Origin: Acidobacteriota bacterium
Lineage (GTDB): Bacteria; Acidobacteriota; Vicinamibacteria; Fen-336
Assembly: GCA_022340545.1 (NCBI GenBank)
Contig: JAJDNV010000272.1
Location: 1-56,640, forward strand
Reading direction: 5' to 3'
Length of the DNA stretch: 56,640 bases
Part shown: positions 32,194 to 40,747 of the stretch, piece by piece
Layout of the letters: every line of letters starts with the position of its first letter
How positions within the stretch are numbered: position 1 is the first letter of the stretch
Position numbers and translations under genes: made by a program
Notes under the pieces: generated by a model
Databases searched by the model: none
Told to the model about the DNA's origin: nothing
The model's input: the letters and a program-made list of their open reading frames with translations, nothing else

Positions 32194-34164
32194 ATGCGGC
32201 AGTGCACACTCGCTCTGGCGAGCCTGGCCGTCGCCACAGCCGGTCTTGTGACGACGCCGGCGACCGCCCAGGACAACTACCCACACGGGTTCATCCGCAA
32301 CGTCGAACCCGGCGTGAGCCTGCAGCGCGCCACCGAGGTCACGGCGGAGGAGGCGGCGATCAACCTGCCCTTCCTCCCCGGCGATCGCGTCTGGACCGAT
32401 GCGGCGGGTCGCGCCGAGTTCCAGTTCCCCGAGGGTACGGTGGTCCGTCTCGACAGCCGGAGCAAGCTGGACTACTCCGCCCACGACGAGAGCCAGGGTG
32501 AGCGCATCGTTCTCCGCCTGTGGTCCGGCAGCCTCATCGTCCGTACCCGCGTCCGCGAGGCGGCGATCTTCGAGATCGAAACCCCCGGGGGACTGGTCGA
32601 GGTCGCGGAGCCCGGCGTGGTCCGCATCGACGTCGAGAGCGGGGAGACGCAGCTCTCGGTCTACGAAGGCGAGGCCTCGCTCGACACCGGCCGGGACCGG
32701 GTGAGCGTCGCCGGCGGGGAGCGGACGTGGGCGAGCTGGGGCGACGCGCCGGCCGAGCCCGAGCCCTTCGACCTCTACGCGACGGACGAGTTCTCGCAGT
32801 GGGACGTCGACCTCGAATCGCGTGAGGCCTGGGCCGCCAACAGCCGGCGCTACCTTCCGGAGCCGCTCGCTCCGTATGCCCCAGAGTTCGACGCCCACGG
32901 CTCCTGGACGTACGAGGCGCCCGTCGGCTACGTCTGGCAGCCCCGGGTCGCCGTGGGCTGGGCCCCCTACTCCAACGGACGCTGGACCTGGACGTACTAC
33001 GGATGGACGTGGGTCCCCTACGAGCCCTGGGGCTGGGTCCCCCACCACTACGGACGCTGGGGCTTCTCGGTCTCGCTCGGCTGGTACTGGTCGCCGGGCA
33101 TCTCCTGGGGCTCGGCCTGGGTGAGCTGGGGCATCGGTGGCGGCTACGTCGGCTGGTGTCCCCTCGGGCGGTACAACCGCCCCGTCGTCCCCTGGCATCA
33201 GCGTCGCTATCGTGGACGCGCGGTGCCTCGAGGGTCCATTGGACCCGACCGGGCGTGGACGGTGGTTCGGCGCGGCGACCTGGCTCGGCGTGACATCGCC
33301 CGACGACGGGTCGATCCTGGCGGCGTGGCCGGGCTGCGCGTGGCCGAGTCGCCGAACGAGCGCCCGAACCGCAACGGGGGTGCCCTGACGCGGGCCTCTG
33401 CGGCGATCCCGGCGGCGGCCCGAGCGCGGCCGCGGCCCGGCGGAGGTGTCCGGGCGTCCAGCGGTGCCGGCGTCACACCGAGGGCGTCGAGCGGACTGGG
33501 CGGGGCCTCGGCCGCCGCCCGAGCCGCAGCGTCTCCTCGACCGCAGGGCCGGGCGGCCACGAGTGGGCTCACCGGTTCCGCGGCTCGGGCCCGCTCCCGG
33601 AGCGCCCCGGGGAGCGTGGCGGCGGCCACGTCGGCCAGCCGCAGCGCCGTCCGGGCGCGTCCGCGCGCGGGGACGACCGGATCCCGCCCCGCCGCCTCCA
33701 CCTCGAGGTCCAGCGGATCGACACGCTCACGCAACTCCCTCGGCATGCTGCTCGAGTCCCGGGAGCGGTCGAGCAGCGAGACGCGGGCCCGACCGCGGTC
33801 GAGCGCTGCCTCCACCCCGGCCCGGAGCACCTCACGGCCGAGCGGCGTCTCCAGCCGCCCACGAAGCGCACCACGCCCCAGCGTCTCCAGCCCGGCCCGG
33901 AGCACCTCGCGGCCGAGCGGCGTCTCCAGCCGCCCACGAAGCGCACCACGCTCCAGCGTCTCCACCCCGGCCCGGAGCACCTCGCGGCCGAGCGGCGTCT
34001 CCAGCCGCACGCGAAGCGCACCACGCTCCAGCGGTGTCTCGAGCCAGTCCCGGGGCAGCAGCCCCCCGCGTGGCGCGAGCTCACGCTCGTCGGGTTCGAG
34101 CGCCCGGTCCGGCTCCAGCGGCCGATCCGCGGCGCGCTCGCGGGGAGGAGCCCGGAGGAAGTAG
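32194..34164 (+). CDS. Secreted FecR-domain / DUF6600-like (W/Y/G-rich) protein with a long Ser/Arg/Pro-rich tail
   Basis: Signal peptide (LASLAVATAGLVTTPATAQ), a FecR-like beta region, then a WxW-rich block (GWAPYSNGRWTWTYYGWTWVPYEPWGWVPHHYGRWGF). Beyond ~33400 the frame is low complexity and may not be the coding frame (see findings). Confidence 0.65.
   Translation: MRQCTLALASLAVATAGLVTTPATAQDNYPHGFIRNVEPGVSLQRATEVTAEEAAINLPFLPGDRVWTDAAGRAEFQFPEGTVVRLDSRSKLDYSAHDESQGERIVLRLWSGSLIVRTRVREAAIFEIETPGGLVEVAEPGVVRIDVESGETQLSVYEGEASLDTGRDRVSVAGGERTWASWGDAPAEPEPFDLYATDEFSQWDVDLESREAWAANSRRYLPEPLAPYAPEFDAHGSWTYEAPVGYVWQPRVAVGWAPYSNGRWTWTYYGWTWVPYEPWGWVPHHYGRWGFSVSLGWYWSPGISWGSAWVSWGIGGGYVGWCPLGRYNRPVVPWHQRRYRGRAVPRGSIGPDRAWTVVRRGDLARRDIARRRVDPGGVAGLRVAESPNERPNRNGGALTRASAAIPAAARARPRPGGGVRASSGAGVTPRASSGLGGASAAARAAASPRPQGRAATSGLTGSAARARSRSAPGSVAAATSASRSAVRARPRAGTTGSRPAASTSRSSGSTRSRNSLGMLLESRERSSSETRARPRSSAASTPARSTSRPSGVSSRPRSAPRPSVSSPARSTSRPSGVSSRPRSAPRSSVSTPARSTSRPSGVSSRTRSAPRSSGVSSQSRGSSPPRGASSRSSGSSARSGSSGRSAARSRGGARRK
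33810..34034. repeat. Tandem direct repeat, 3 x 75 bp
   Basis: Units at 33810-33884, 33885-33959 and 33960-34034 differ at only a few positions (CTCCA[C/G]CCCGGCCCGGAGCACCTC[A/G]CGGCCGAGCGGCGTCTCCAGCCGC...). Confidence 0.9.
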
Positions 34165-34189
34165 CCGCCACCCCCGGCCTGCCGTCATA

Positions 34190-36499
34190 ATGCCGTCGAT
34201 GGTGGCTTCTTCGGCCCGGACCGTCCCTCGCATCCTCACCGTGCGCCGCGTCGTCGTGACGGCGCTCTTCGTCGCCACGATCCTGGGCGGCTGTCTCATC
34301 GGGGTCTTCCTCGCCGTCGAGAGCGACCTCCCCCAGGTCACCTCCCTGGAGGATTTCCGACCCAACATCGTCACCCAGGTGTTCGCCGCCGACGGCAGCG
34401 TGCTTGGAGAGTTCGCCATCGAAAACCGCGTGGTCATCGCCTTCCGCGACATCCCCCCCGTGCTCCGGAACGCGATCGTGGCGGTGGAAGACGCGGGTTT
34501 CTGGAAGCACATCGGTATCAACCCCTGGCGCGTCCCCGGGGCGGCTCTCGCCAACCTTCGCTCGGGGCGGCTCGGGCAGGGGTTCTCCACCCTGACGATG
34601 CAGCTGACCCGCCTTCTCTTCCTGACGCCCGAGAAGACGCTGGAGAGGAAGATCAAGGAGATCATCCTCGCGTTTCAGATCGAGAAGAACTTCACGAAGG
34701 AAGAGATCTTCACCCTCTACTGCAACCAGGTGAACCTCGGCCACGGCAACTACGGGGTCGAGGCAGCGAGCCGCTTCTACTTCGGGAAGGAGGTCCGTGA
34801 GCTGACCCTGGCCGAGGCGGCCATGATCGCGGGCATCGCCCAGCGGCCCAGCCGTCGGACCCCGATCCTCGACCCGGAGGGCTCGCTGGCCCGGCGCAAT
34901 CACGTCCTGGACCGCATGGCCGCGGAGAAGTACATCACCCAGCAGGAGGCCGATGAGGCGAAGGCAGAGCCGGTGCGGCTACGCCTGCCCCGAAAGCAGC
35001 CGTCCATCGCCCCCTACTTCCTCGAGGAGGTGCGCAAGCACCTCGAGCACGAGTACGGAAGCCAGCGGATCTACCAGGGCGGGCTGCGCGTGCACACGAC
35101 GCTCGATCCGCGAATGCAGCGAGCGGCGGTGAGGGCGCTACGTGACGGCCTCCGGCTGCGCGACCGACAGGCCCGGGGCTTCGTGAAACCGACCGAGAGC
35201 ATCCTCGAGGACGGGCTCCTTCCCGACCCGCTCCACCTCGACGAGTGGAGCTGGCCATTCGCCGAGGGCGACGTGGTTCGGGGTGTGGTCGTGGCGTCCG
35301 ATCGCGCCTCGGCGGTGGTCCAGATCGGCGACTACCGCGCCCGCGTCGGCCCCCGCGACATCGGCTGGTCGCGGCCGGGGCGCGTGGATGACGTCCTGCC
35401 GCGAGGGACGGTCGCGCCCTTCCGGATCGTCGCGTTGTCCGAGAAGGACGGCCGCAAGCAGGCCCGGGTCCGTCTCGAGCCGGACCCGAAGGTGGAAGGT
35501 GCCCTCCTCGCCCTGGATGTTCGGACCGGGGCAGTGAGGGCCATGGTGGGCGGCTACGATTTCGAGCGGAGCCAGTTCAACCGGGCGACCCAGGCCCGCC
35601 GCCAGGTGGGCTCCGCCTTCAAGCCGATCGTGTACGCCGCCGCGCTCGAGACGCTCGGCTGGACACCCACCACGACCCTCGTGGACGCCCCGCTCAGCAT
35701 CACCGACCCCTGGGACAACTCGGTGTGGGCACCACAGAACTACGACCACGGTTACATGGGGCCCATCACCCTGCGACGGGCCATCGAGCAGAGCCGGAAC
35801 ATTCCGGCGGTGAAGACGCTGCAGGCGGTCGGCGTGGATGCCGGCATCGAGTACGCCAAGAGGCTCGGTCTGTCCGGTGAGCTTCCTCCCTACCTCCCGA
35901 TCGCGCTCGGGGCGGGCGAGGCGACGCTCATCGAGATGGTGGGGGCGTTCGCCACCTTCGCCAACCAGGGTCTTCGAATGAGGCCCTTCCTGATCGAGCG
36001 GATCGAAGACCGCGACGGAAACCTGGTCGAGGAGACCCGGCCCCGGGCCACCGACGCCATCCGAGCGGACACCGCCTACATCGTGACGAGCCTCCTCCGG
36101 GGGGTGGTCGAGCGCGGCACCGCCTCCCGCGCCCGCCGGCTCGGGAGGCCCATCGCCGGGAAGACGGGAACGACCAACGATTACACCGACGCCTGGTTCA
36201 TCGGCTACGAGCCGTCCCTGGCCGCCGGCGTCTGGGTGGGCTTCGACGAGAAGGTGAACTCGCTGGGACGGGGAGGGGACGGGTCGCGGGCGGCACTGCC
36301 GATCTGGATGGACTTCTGGAAGAAGGCCACCGCCGAGCGTCCCATCGAGGAGTTCCCCATTCCCGGGAACATCGTCTTCATCCCCGTTGACGAGCGGGGA
36401 CGTCCCGGAGCCCCCGGAACGCCGGGCGTGCGCATGGAGGCCTTCGTCACGGGAACCGAGCCGCGGATCCACCCGGCCGCGCTGCGCGCCCATCCCTAG
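34190..36499 (+). CDS. Class A penicillin-binding protein (PBP1A-type transglycosylase/transpeptidase)
   Basis: GT51 motifs (EDAGFWKHIGI, RLGQGFSTLTMQL). Transpeptidase motifs SAFKP (SxxK), SRN and KTGTT. The track ORF (from 33446) is over-extended; the start is at MPSMVASS, just before the TM anchor. Confidence 0.9.
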   Translation: MPSMVASSARTVPRILTVRRVVVTALFVATILGGCLIGVFLAVESDLPQVTSLEDFRPNIVTQVFAADGSVLGEFAIENRVVIAFRDIPPVLRNAIVAVEDAGFWKHIGINPWRVPGAALANLRSGRLGQGFSTLTMQLTRLLFLTPEKTLERKIKEIILAFQIEKNFTKEEIFTLYCNQVNLGHGNYGVEAASRFYFGKEVRELTLAEAAMIAGIAQRPSRRTPILDPEGSLARRNHVLDRMAAEKYITQQEADEAKAEPVRLRLPRKQPSIAPYFLEEVRKHLEHEYGSQRIYQGGLRVHTTLDPRMQRAAVRALRDGLRLRDRQARGFVKPTESILEDGLLPDPLHLDEWSWPFAEGDVVRGVVVASDRASAVVQIGDYRARVGPRDIGWSRPGRVDDVLPRGTVAPFRIVALSEKDGRKQARVRLEPDPKVEGALLALDVRTGAVRAMVGGYDFERSQFNRATQARRQVGSAFKPIVYAAALETLGWTPTTTLVDAPLSITDPWDNSVWAPQNYDHGYMGPITLRRAIEQSRNIPAVKTLQAVGVDAGIEYAKRLGLSGELPPYLPIALGAGEATLIEMVGAFATFANQGLRMRPFLIERIEDRDGNLVEETRPRATDAIRADTAYIVTSLLRGVVERGTASRARRLGRPIAGKTGTTNDYTDAWFIGYEPSLAAGVWVGFDEKVNSLGRGGDGSRAALPIWMDFWKKATAERPIEEFPIPGNIVFIPVDERGRPGAPGTPGVRMEAFVTGTEPRIHPAALRAHP

Positions 36500-36541
36500 C
36501 CCACCTTGACGCGTTCCGCCCCGGGGGGCAAGCTACGATCC

Positions 36542-38641
36542 GTGCTCCACAACGGTCGGGCTTCCCTCCTGGCACTGGCCGCAACCGTCGCCTTCACCTC
36601 CTGCGGGACGCGACACGACACGACCTCCAGCCTCCCGACGAATCTCGCCCTGGGGAGCACCGTGTCCGTCGTCGGTGGCGGTGGCGAGTCGTCCGTCGCC
36701 ACGGACGGGCGGCTCGTCGTCGAGGGAACTCTGCCTGGCGATGCGGCGATCCAGCTCGCCGACCCTCGATCGTCGGTGACAGTGGACCTCGGCACCCCGC
36801 AGACCGTCGGCGCCCTCCTGCTCCAGGCCAGCGGTGCCGAGGTCTACTTCGTCGAGACCTCGACGGACCGGGCGACCTGGCAGACGGTGTGGCGAGTGGA
36901 GCCCCTGCCCGGGCCGCCGGTGGCGCGAACGCGTACGACGGTGCTGCCACGTCCCGTCCAGGCGCGCTGGCTGAGGATTCGCCCGACGACCTCCGGCCCG
37001 GCGGCGGTGTCCGAGATCCAGGCCTTCGAGGCCGAGCCCGGGGTCTGGCCCACCCTGGACACCAGCGACCCTGATTCGCCCCTTCCCCTCTGGCCATCCC
37101 TGACGCGACAGCGGCTCGCCACTCTGTTCCAGGCCCTGGCGTCCCTGCTCATGCTGGTCGTGGGCTGGGGTGTGCTCACGCGCTCTCGGCCGGGCGAGCT
37201 CGGAGACCGCGTGCGGCGGCGCGTCCTCGCCGTCCTCGCCCTCGCCTCGATCCTGGCCTGGCCCAACGCGCTCAACTTCCACTACAGCGGCTTCGTGCAC
37301 AAGTGGGACACCTTCCACTACTACATGGGTGGCAAGTACCTCGCGGAGCTGGGCTACTCGAGCCTCTACTCGTGCACCGCGGTGGTCGACGCCGAGGACG
37401 GGCTCGACCTCGGCGGACGGCCCATGCGCGACCTCCGGGACAATCGCCTGGTCCCTGCGGTCAGCCTGCTCGAGCGGTCGGACGAGTGCCACGAACGCTT
37501 CTCCCCGGAGCGATGGACGGCCTTTCAGCACGACACGCGGTTCTTCCGCGAGGCCCTGGGAGAGACGGGCTGGCGGAGCGTCCGCCTCGACCACGGCTTC
37601 AACGGCACTCCAGCCTGGGCCGTCGTGGCCGGCGGCCTGGCGCGCCTGGGTCCGGCGTCGTGGACGCAGATCGGGCTTCTGGCGCTCCTCGACGTCGGCC
37701 TGGTGCTGGCTGCCTTCCTCGTGATCGGGCTGGTCTTCGGCCTCGAGGCCGCCTGCATCGCCGCGGGCTTCTGGGGGGTCAACGCCCTGTCCGTCTGGGG
37801 GTGGACCGGCGGGGGCTTTCTCCGCTACGACTGGGTCCTGTGGCTCGTGGTCGGCATCGCCGCGCTGCGTCTCGGTCGGCCGGCAACCGCCGGGTTCGCC
37901 CTCGGCTACGCCGCTCTCCTCCGGGTGTTCCCGGCCGTCGCCCTCGTCGGGCTGGCCCTCAAGGCCGCATCGGAGGTGGCCGCCGAGCGAAGCCTCGCGC
38001 CCCTCCACCGCCACGTCCGCCTCGCCGCCGGTGTCGGCGCGGCGGGCCTCCTCTTCCTGACGAGCTCGTCGCTCATGGCCGGCCGCGCGCAGATCTGGGG
38101 CGAGTTTGCCGAGAACAGCCGGAAGCACCTGGCCACCGAGTCCGTGAACCTCGTCGGGTTGCAGGTGCTCCTGTCCTACGATCACTCCGGCCGGCTCGAG
38201 CTGATGACCGACCCGGTGGCGCTGGATCGCCACGCGGCGTGGAAGGAGCGGCGCGCTGAGGCAATGAGCCGCACGCGTCCGTCCTACTGGGTCGCGGTCC
38301 TGGCGTTCGGGCTGCTCCTGACCCTGGCGGTCCGAGGCGCCCCCGACTGGGCGGCGGCCGTCCTCGGATTGGGGCTCATGCCCGTGCTGCTGAAGCTCTC
38401 CTGTTACTACTACTCCGGCTTCCTCGTCTTCGCGGCGTTCTGGCCGGTGAGCGCCGGTGTCGGGCTGGCGCTCGTCTCGTTCGCCTGGCTGTCGAACGTA
38501 ATCGTGGGGCTCTGGCCAGCCGCCGACGCGCAGTACGCCGGGCTCTCGCTGGCCGCCGTCGCCTTTGTCAGCGGTGTGACGGGGGCGTTTGCCTGGCGGA
38601 GCCGCCCGAGGCCGGCGGGGCCCGAAGACTCCGAGGCCTGA
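36542..38641 (+). CDS. Lipoprotein-type discoidin (F5/8 type C-like) domain fused to a large polytopic membrane domain (GT-C-like by topology)
   Basis: The GTG at 36542 gives a lipobox (LLALAATVAFTSC). A discoidin-like segment ends in ARWLRIRP...VSEIQAF. More than 10 predicted TM helices follow (NALNFHYSGFVHKWDTFHYYMGGKY...). Confidence 0.7.
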   Translation: MLHNGRASLLALAATVAFTSCGTRHDTTSSLPTNLALGSTVSVVGGGGESSVATDGRLVVEGTLPGDAAIQLADPRSSVTVDLGTPQTVGALLLQASGAEVYFVETSTDRATWQTVWRVEPLPGPPVARTRTTVLPRPVQARWLRIRPTTSGPAAVSEIQAFEAEPGVWPTLDTSDPDSPLPLWPSLTRQRLATLFQALASLLMLVVGWGVLTRSRPGELGDRVRRRVLAVLALASILAWPNALNFHYSGFVHKWDTFHYYMGGKYLAELGYSSLYSCTAVVDAEDGLDLGGRPMRDLRDNRLVPAVSLLERSDECHERFSPERWTAFQHDTRFFREALGETGWRSVRLDHGFNGTPAWAVVAGGLARLGPASWTQIGLLALLDVGLVLAAFLVIGLVFGLEAACIAAGFWGVNALSVWGWTGGGFLRYDWVLWLVVGIAALRLGRPATAGFALGYAALLRVFPAVALVGLALKAASEVAAERSLAPLHRHVRLAAGVGAAGLLFLTSSSLMAGRAQIWGEFAENSRKHLATESVNLVGLQVLLSYDHSGRLELMTDPVALDRHAAWKERRAEAMSRTRPSYWVAVLAFGLLLTLAVRGAPDWAAAVLGLGLMPVLLKLSCYYYSGFLVFAAFWPVSAGVGLALVSFAWLSNVIVGLWPAADAQYAGLSLAAVAFVSGVTGAFAWRSRPRPAGPEDSEA

Positions 38642-38659
38642 GGGAGGCCCCCTGGCCCT

Positions 38660-39625
38660 TCAAGGGGTGGGCCGGTAGTCGGGATAGCGGGCCGATCCCG
38701 GACCGAAGGTCACGCGCCAGGCCTGGCCGTCGGCCAGGCGCTGCCGGTAGATCGCGTACTCCCCGGTGATGTTGGAGGCGAAGGCGATCTCGGTGCCGTC
38801 CGGCGAGAACGCAGGGTCGTAGTTGAGGGCGGGCCAGTCGACCAGCACCTCCTCCTCGCCCGTCCCGAGGTCCCGAGCCACGAGGTGGCTCCGGGAGCCG
38901 CCGAGATGCCCCCGGTCCACCCAGCACAGCCGCCCGTCCGGCATGAAGCGCGGCTCGCAGCCCCCCGACATCAGATCCGAGATGCGACGGACCTCCTCGG
39001 TGCCGAGGTCGATGACGTAGACCTGGTGGCCGATCCTCCAGTTTGACGAGAACGCGATCTGCCCGCCGTCGGGACTCCAGCTGGGGTTGCCGAAGATGGT
39101 CCGATTGCCGTGGCGCACCAGCTCGCGGAGTGCGCCGCTGCCGAGGTCCATCGTCACCAGCCGCTCCGGGCCGTCGAGGTTGGTCAGGAAGGCGAGCGTC
39201 GTTCCGTCCGGTGACGGGTCGGCCTGGTACTCCGTGGCCTGATTCACGCGGATGCGTCGGGCCTCTCCGCCCTCCGGTGCGATCTCGAAGAGCTGCCAGT
39301 TGCCGGTGCGCTCGGAGCTGAAGATGATCCGGGTTCCATCGGGGGTGAAGCGACCCATCCCGTCGTACCCCGGGCTCTCGCTCAGCCGCCGCGGCGTGGC
39401 CTCCGCGCTCGAGATCACGTAGAGGTCGGCATCTCCTTCGATCTCCAGGTCGTAGACGAGCTCCCAGGCGGAGCCGGTGTCGCCGGGGACGGCGGCCGCA
39501 ACCACCGGCGTCTCTCGCCGACTCTGGTCGCCCCCCCGCCCGCAGCCCCCGAGCCCCAACACCAGGGCCAGGAGCAGCAGGCCGGACCGGGGCGGCCGGG
39601 TCCCCATCGCCTCCACGTCCGTCAC
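38660..39625 (-). CDS. TolB-like periplasmic beta-propeller protein (PD40/WD40-like repeats)
   Basis: Lipoprotein-like signal (LVLGLGGC). Repeated PD40 motifs (FTPDGTRIIFSS, PSPDGTTLAF, WSPDGGQIAFSS, FSPDGTEIAFAS). Confidence 0.8.
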   Translation of the reverse strand: MTDVEAMGTRPPRSGLLLLALVLGLGGCGRGGDQSRRETPVVAAAVPGDTGSAWELVYDLEIEGDADLYVISSAEATPRRLSESPGYDGMGRFTPDGTRIIFSSERTGNWQLFEIAPEGGEARRIRVNQATEYQADPSPDGTTLAFLTNLDGPERLVTMDLGSGALRELVRHGNRTIFGNPSWSPDGGQIAFSSNWRIGHQVYVIDLGTEEVRRISDLMSGGCEPRFMPDGRLCWVDRGHLGGSRSHLVARDLGTGEEEVLVDWPALNYDPAFSPDGTEIAFASNITGEYAIYRQRLADGQAWRVTFGPGSARYPDYRPTP

Positions 39626-40747
39626 TCCGCGGCCGCCGCCGTCCCGAGCGTGCCCCGGGCCTGGGCGATCAGGGTCGCCTTGATGAAGTCCTCCAGATCG
39701 CCGTCGAGCACGCGATCCACGTTCCCGGTCTCGTGCTTCGTCCGGTGGTCCTTGACCATCCGATAGGGATGGATGACGTACGAGCGGATCTGGCTGCCGA
39801 AGGCGATGTCCTTCTTCCCGGCCTCGACCGCATCCAGCTTGTCGCGCCGCTTCTGCATCTCGAGCTCGTACAGACGCGCCTTGAGGATCTTCATCGCCAC
39901 GTCACGGTTGCGGATCTGGCTCCGCTCGTTCTGGCACGAGGCCACGATCCCCGTCGGGAGGTGGGTGATCCGCACCGCGGAGTCGGTGACGTTCACGTGC
40001 TGGCCGCCGGCCCCGCTCGAGCGGTAGGTGTCGATGCGGAGGTCCTTCTCCTGGACGTCGACCTCGATCGTCTCGTCGAGCTCGGGCCAGGCGAAGACGG
40101 AGGCAAACGAGGTCTGGCGCCGGGCGTTGGAGTCGAACGGGCTGATGCGCACGAGCCGATGCACCCCGACCTCGGCCGCGAGGTGGCCGTAGGCGTACTC
40201 GCCCTGGACGATGACGGTGGCGCTCTTGATCCCCGCCTCCTCCCCGGGCTGGATGTCGGTGATCGTGGTCTTGTAGCCGCGCCGGTCGCACCACTTCTGA
40301 TACATCCGGAGGAGCATCTCCGCCCAGTCCTGGCTGTCCGTCCCCCCGGCTCCCGAGTTGATGGTCAGGATCGCGTTCGCCTGGTCGTGCTCGCCGCCGA
40401 GCATCTTCTGGAACTCGGCCTCCTCGATCGTCTCCTCGAGGGCACCCAGCGCGGCGTCGAGGTCCTGACCGACGTCCTCACCGCTCTCCAGCCACTCGAC
40501 CAGGACACGCGTGTCGTCCTCCTGGGAGCGCAGCCTCTTCAGCAGGTCCAGGTCGGCCTCGACCCGCTTGCGACGCTGGAGCACCTTCTGGGCCGCGGCC
40601 TGGTCCTTCCAGAAATCGGCGCCGGCCATCCCCTCTTCGAGCTCGTCGAGCTCCCGGCGCAGTATGGGCTCCTCAAAGATAGCCGCGAACGTCCGCGGCC
40701 CTCGCTTCCAGCGCATCGAAGCGCTGCCGGTGGTCAAGTTCGGTCAC
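39622..40747 (-). CDS. prfB: Peptide chain release factor 2, requiring a programmed +1 frameshift
   Basis: Frame 0: GTG (40747) [24 protein letters not shown], then in-frame TGA (40675-40673). The +1 frame continues [12 protein letters not shown]... through SPF-region/GGQ motifs (SGAGGQHVN). AGGAG lies 8 nt before the GTG. Confidence 0.9.
40673..40678 (-). other. RF2 autoregulatory +1 frameshift site (CTT TGA)
   Basis: The minus strand reads GGC TAT CTT TGA GGA. This is the conserved ..GYL-stop context of bacterial prfB. Confidence 0.85.

Noticed and set aside
33446-34189. 248-aa N-terminal extension of the PBP1A ORF, including the repeat region read as PGAPHGRAASPAAHEAHHAPAS
   Set aside because: Third-position G+C in this frame is clearly lower than in the other two phases. 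PBP1A homologues start shortly before the TM anchor, so the ATG at 34190 was chosen.
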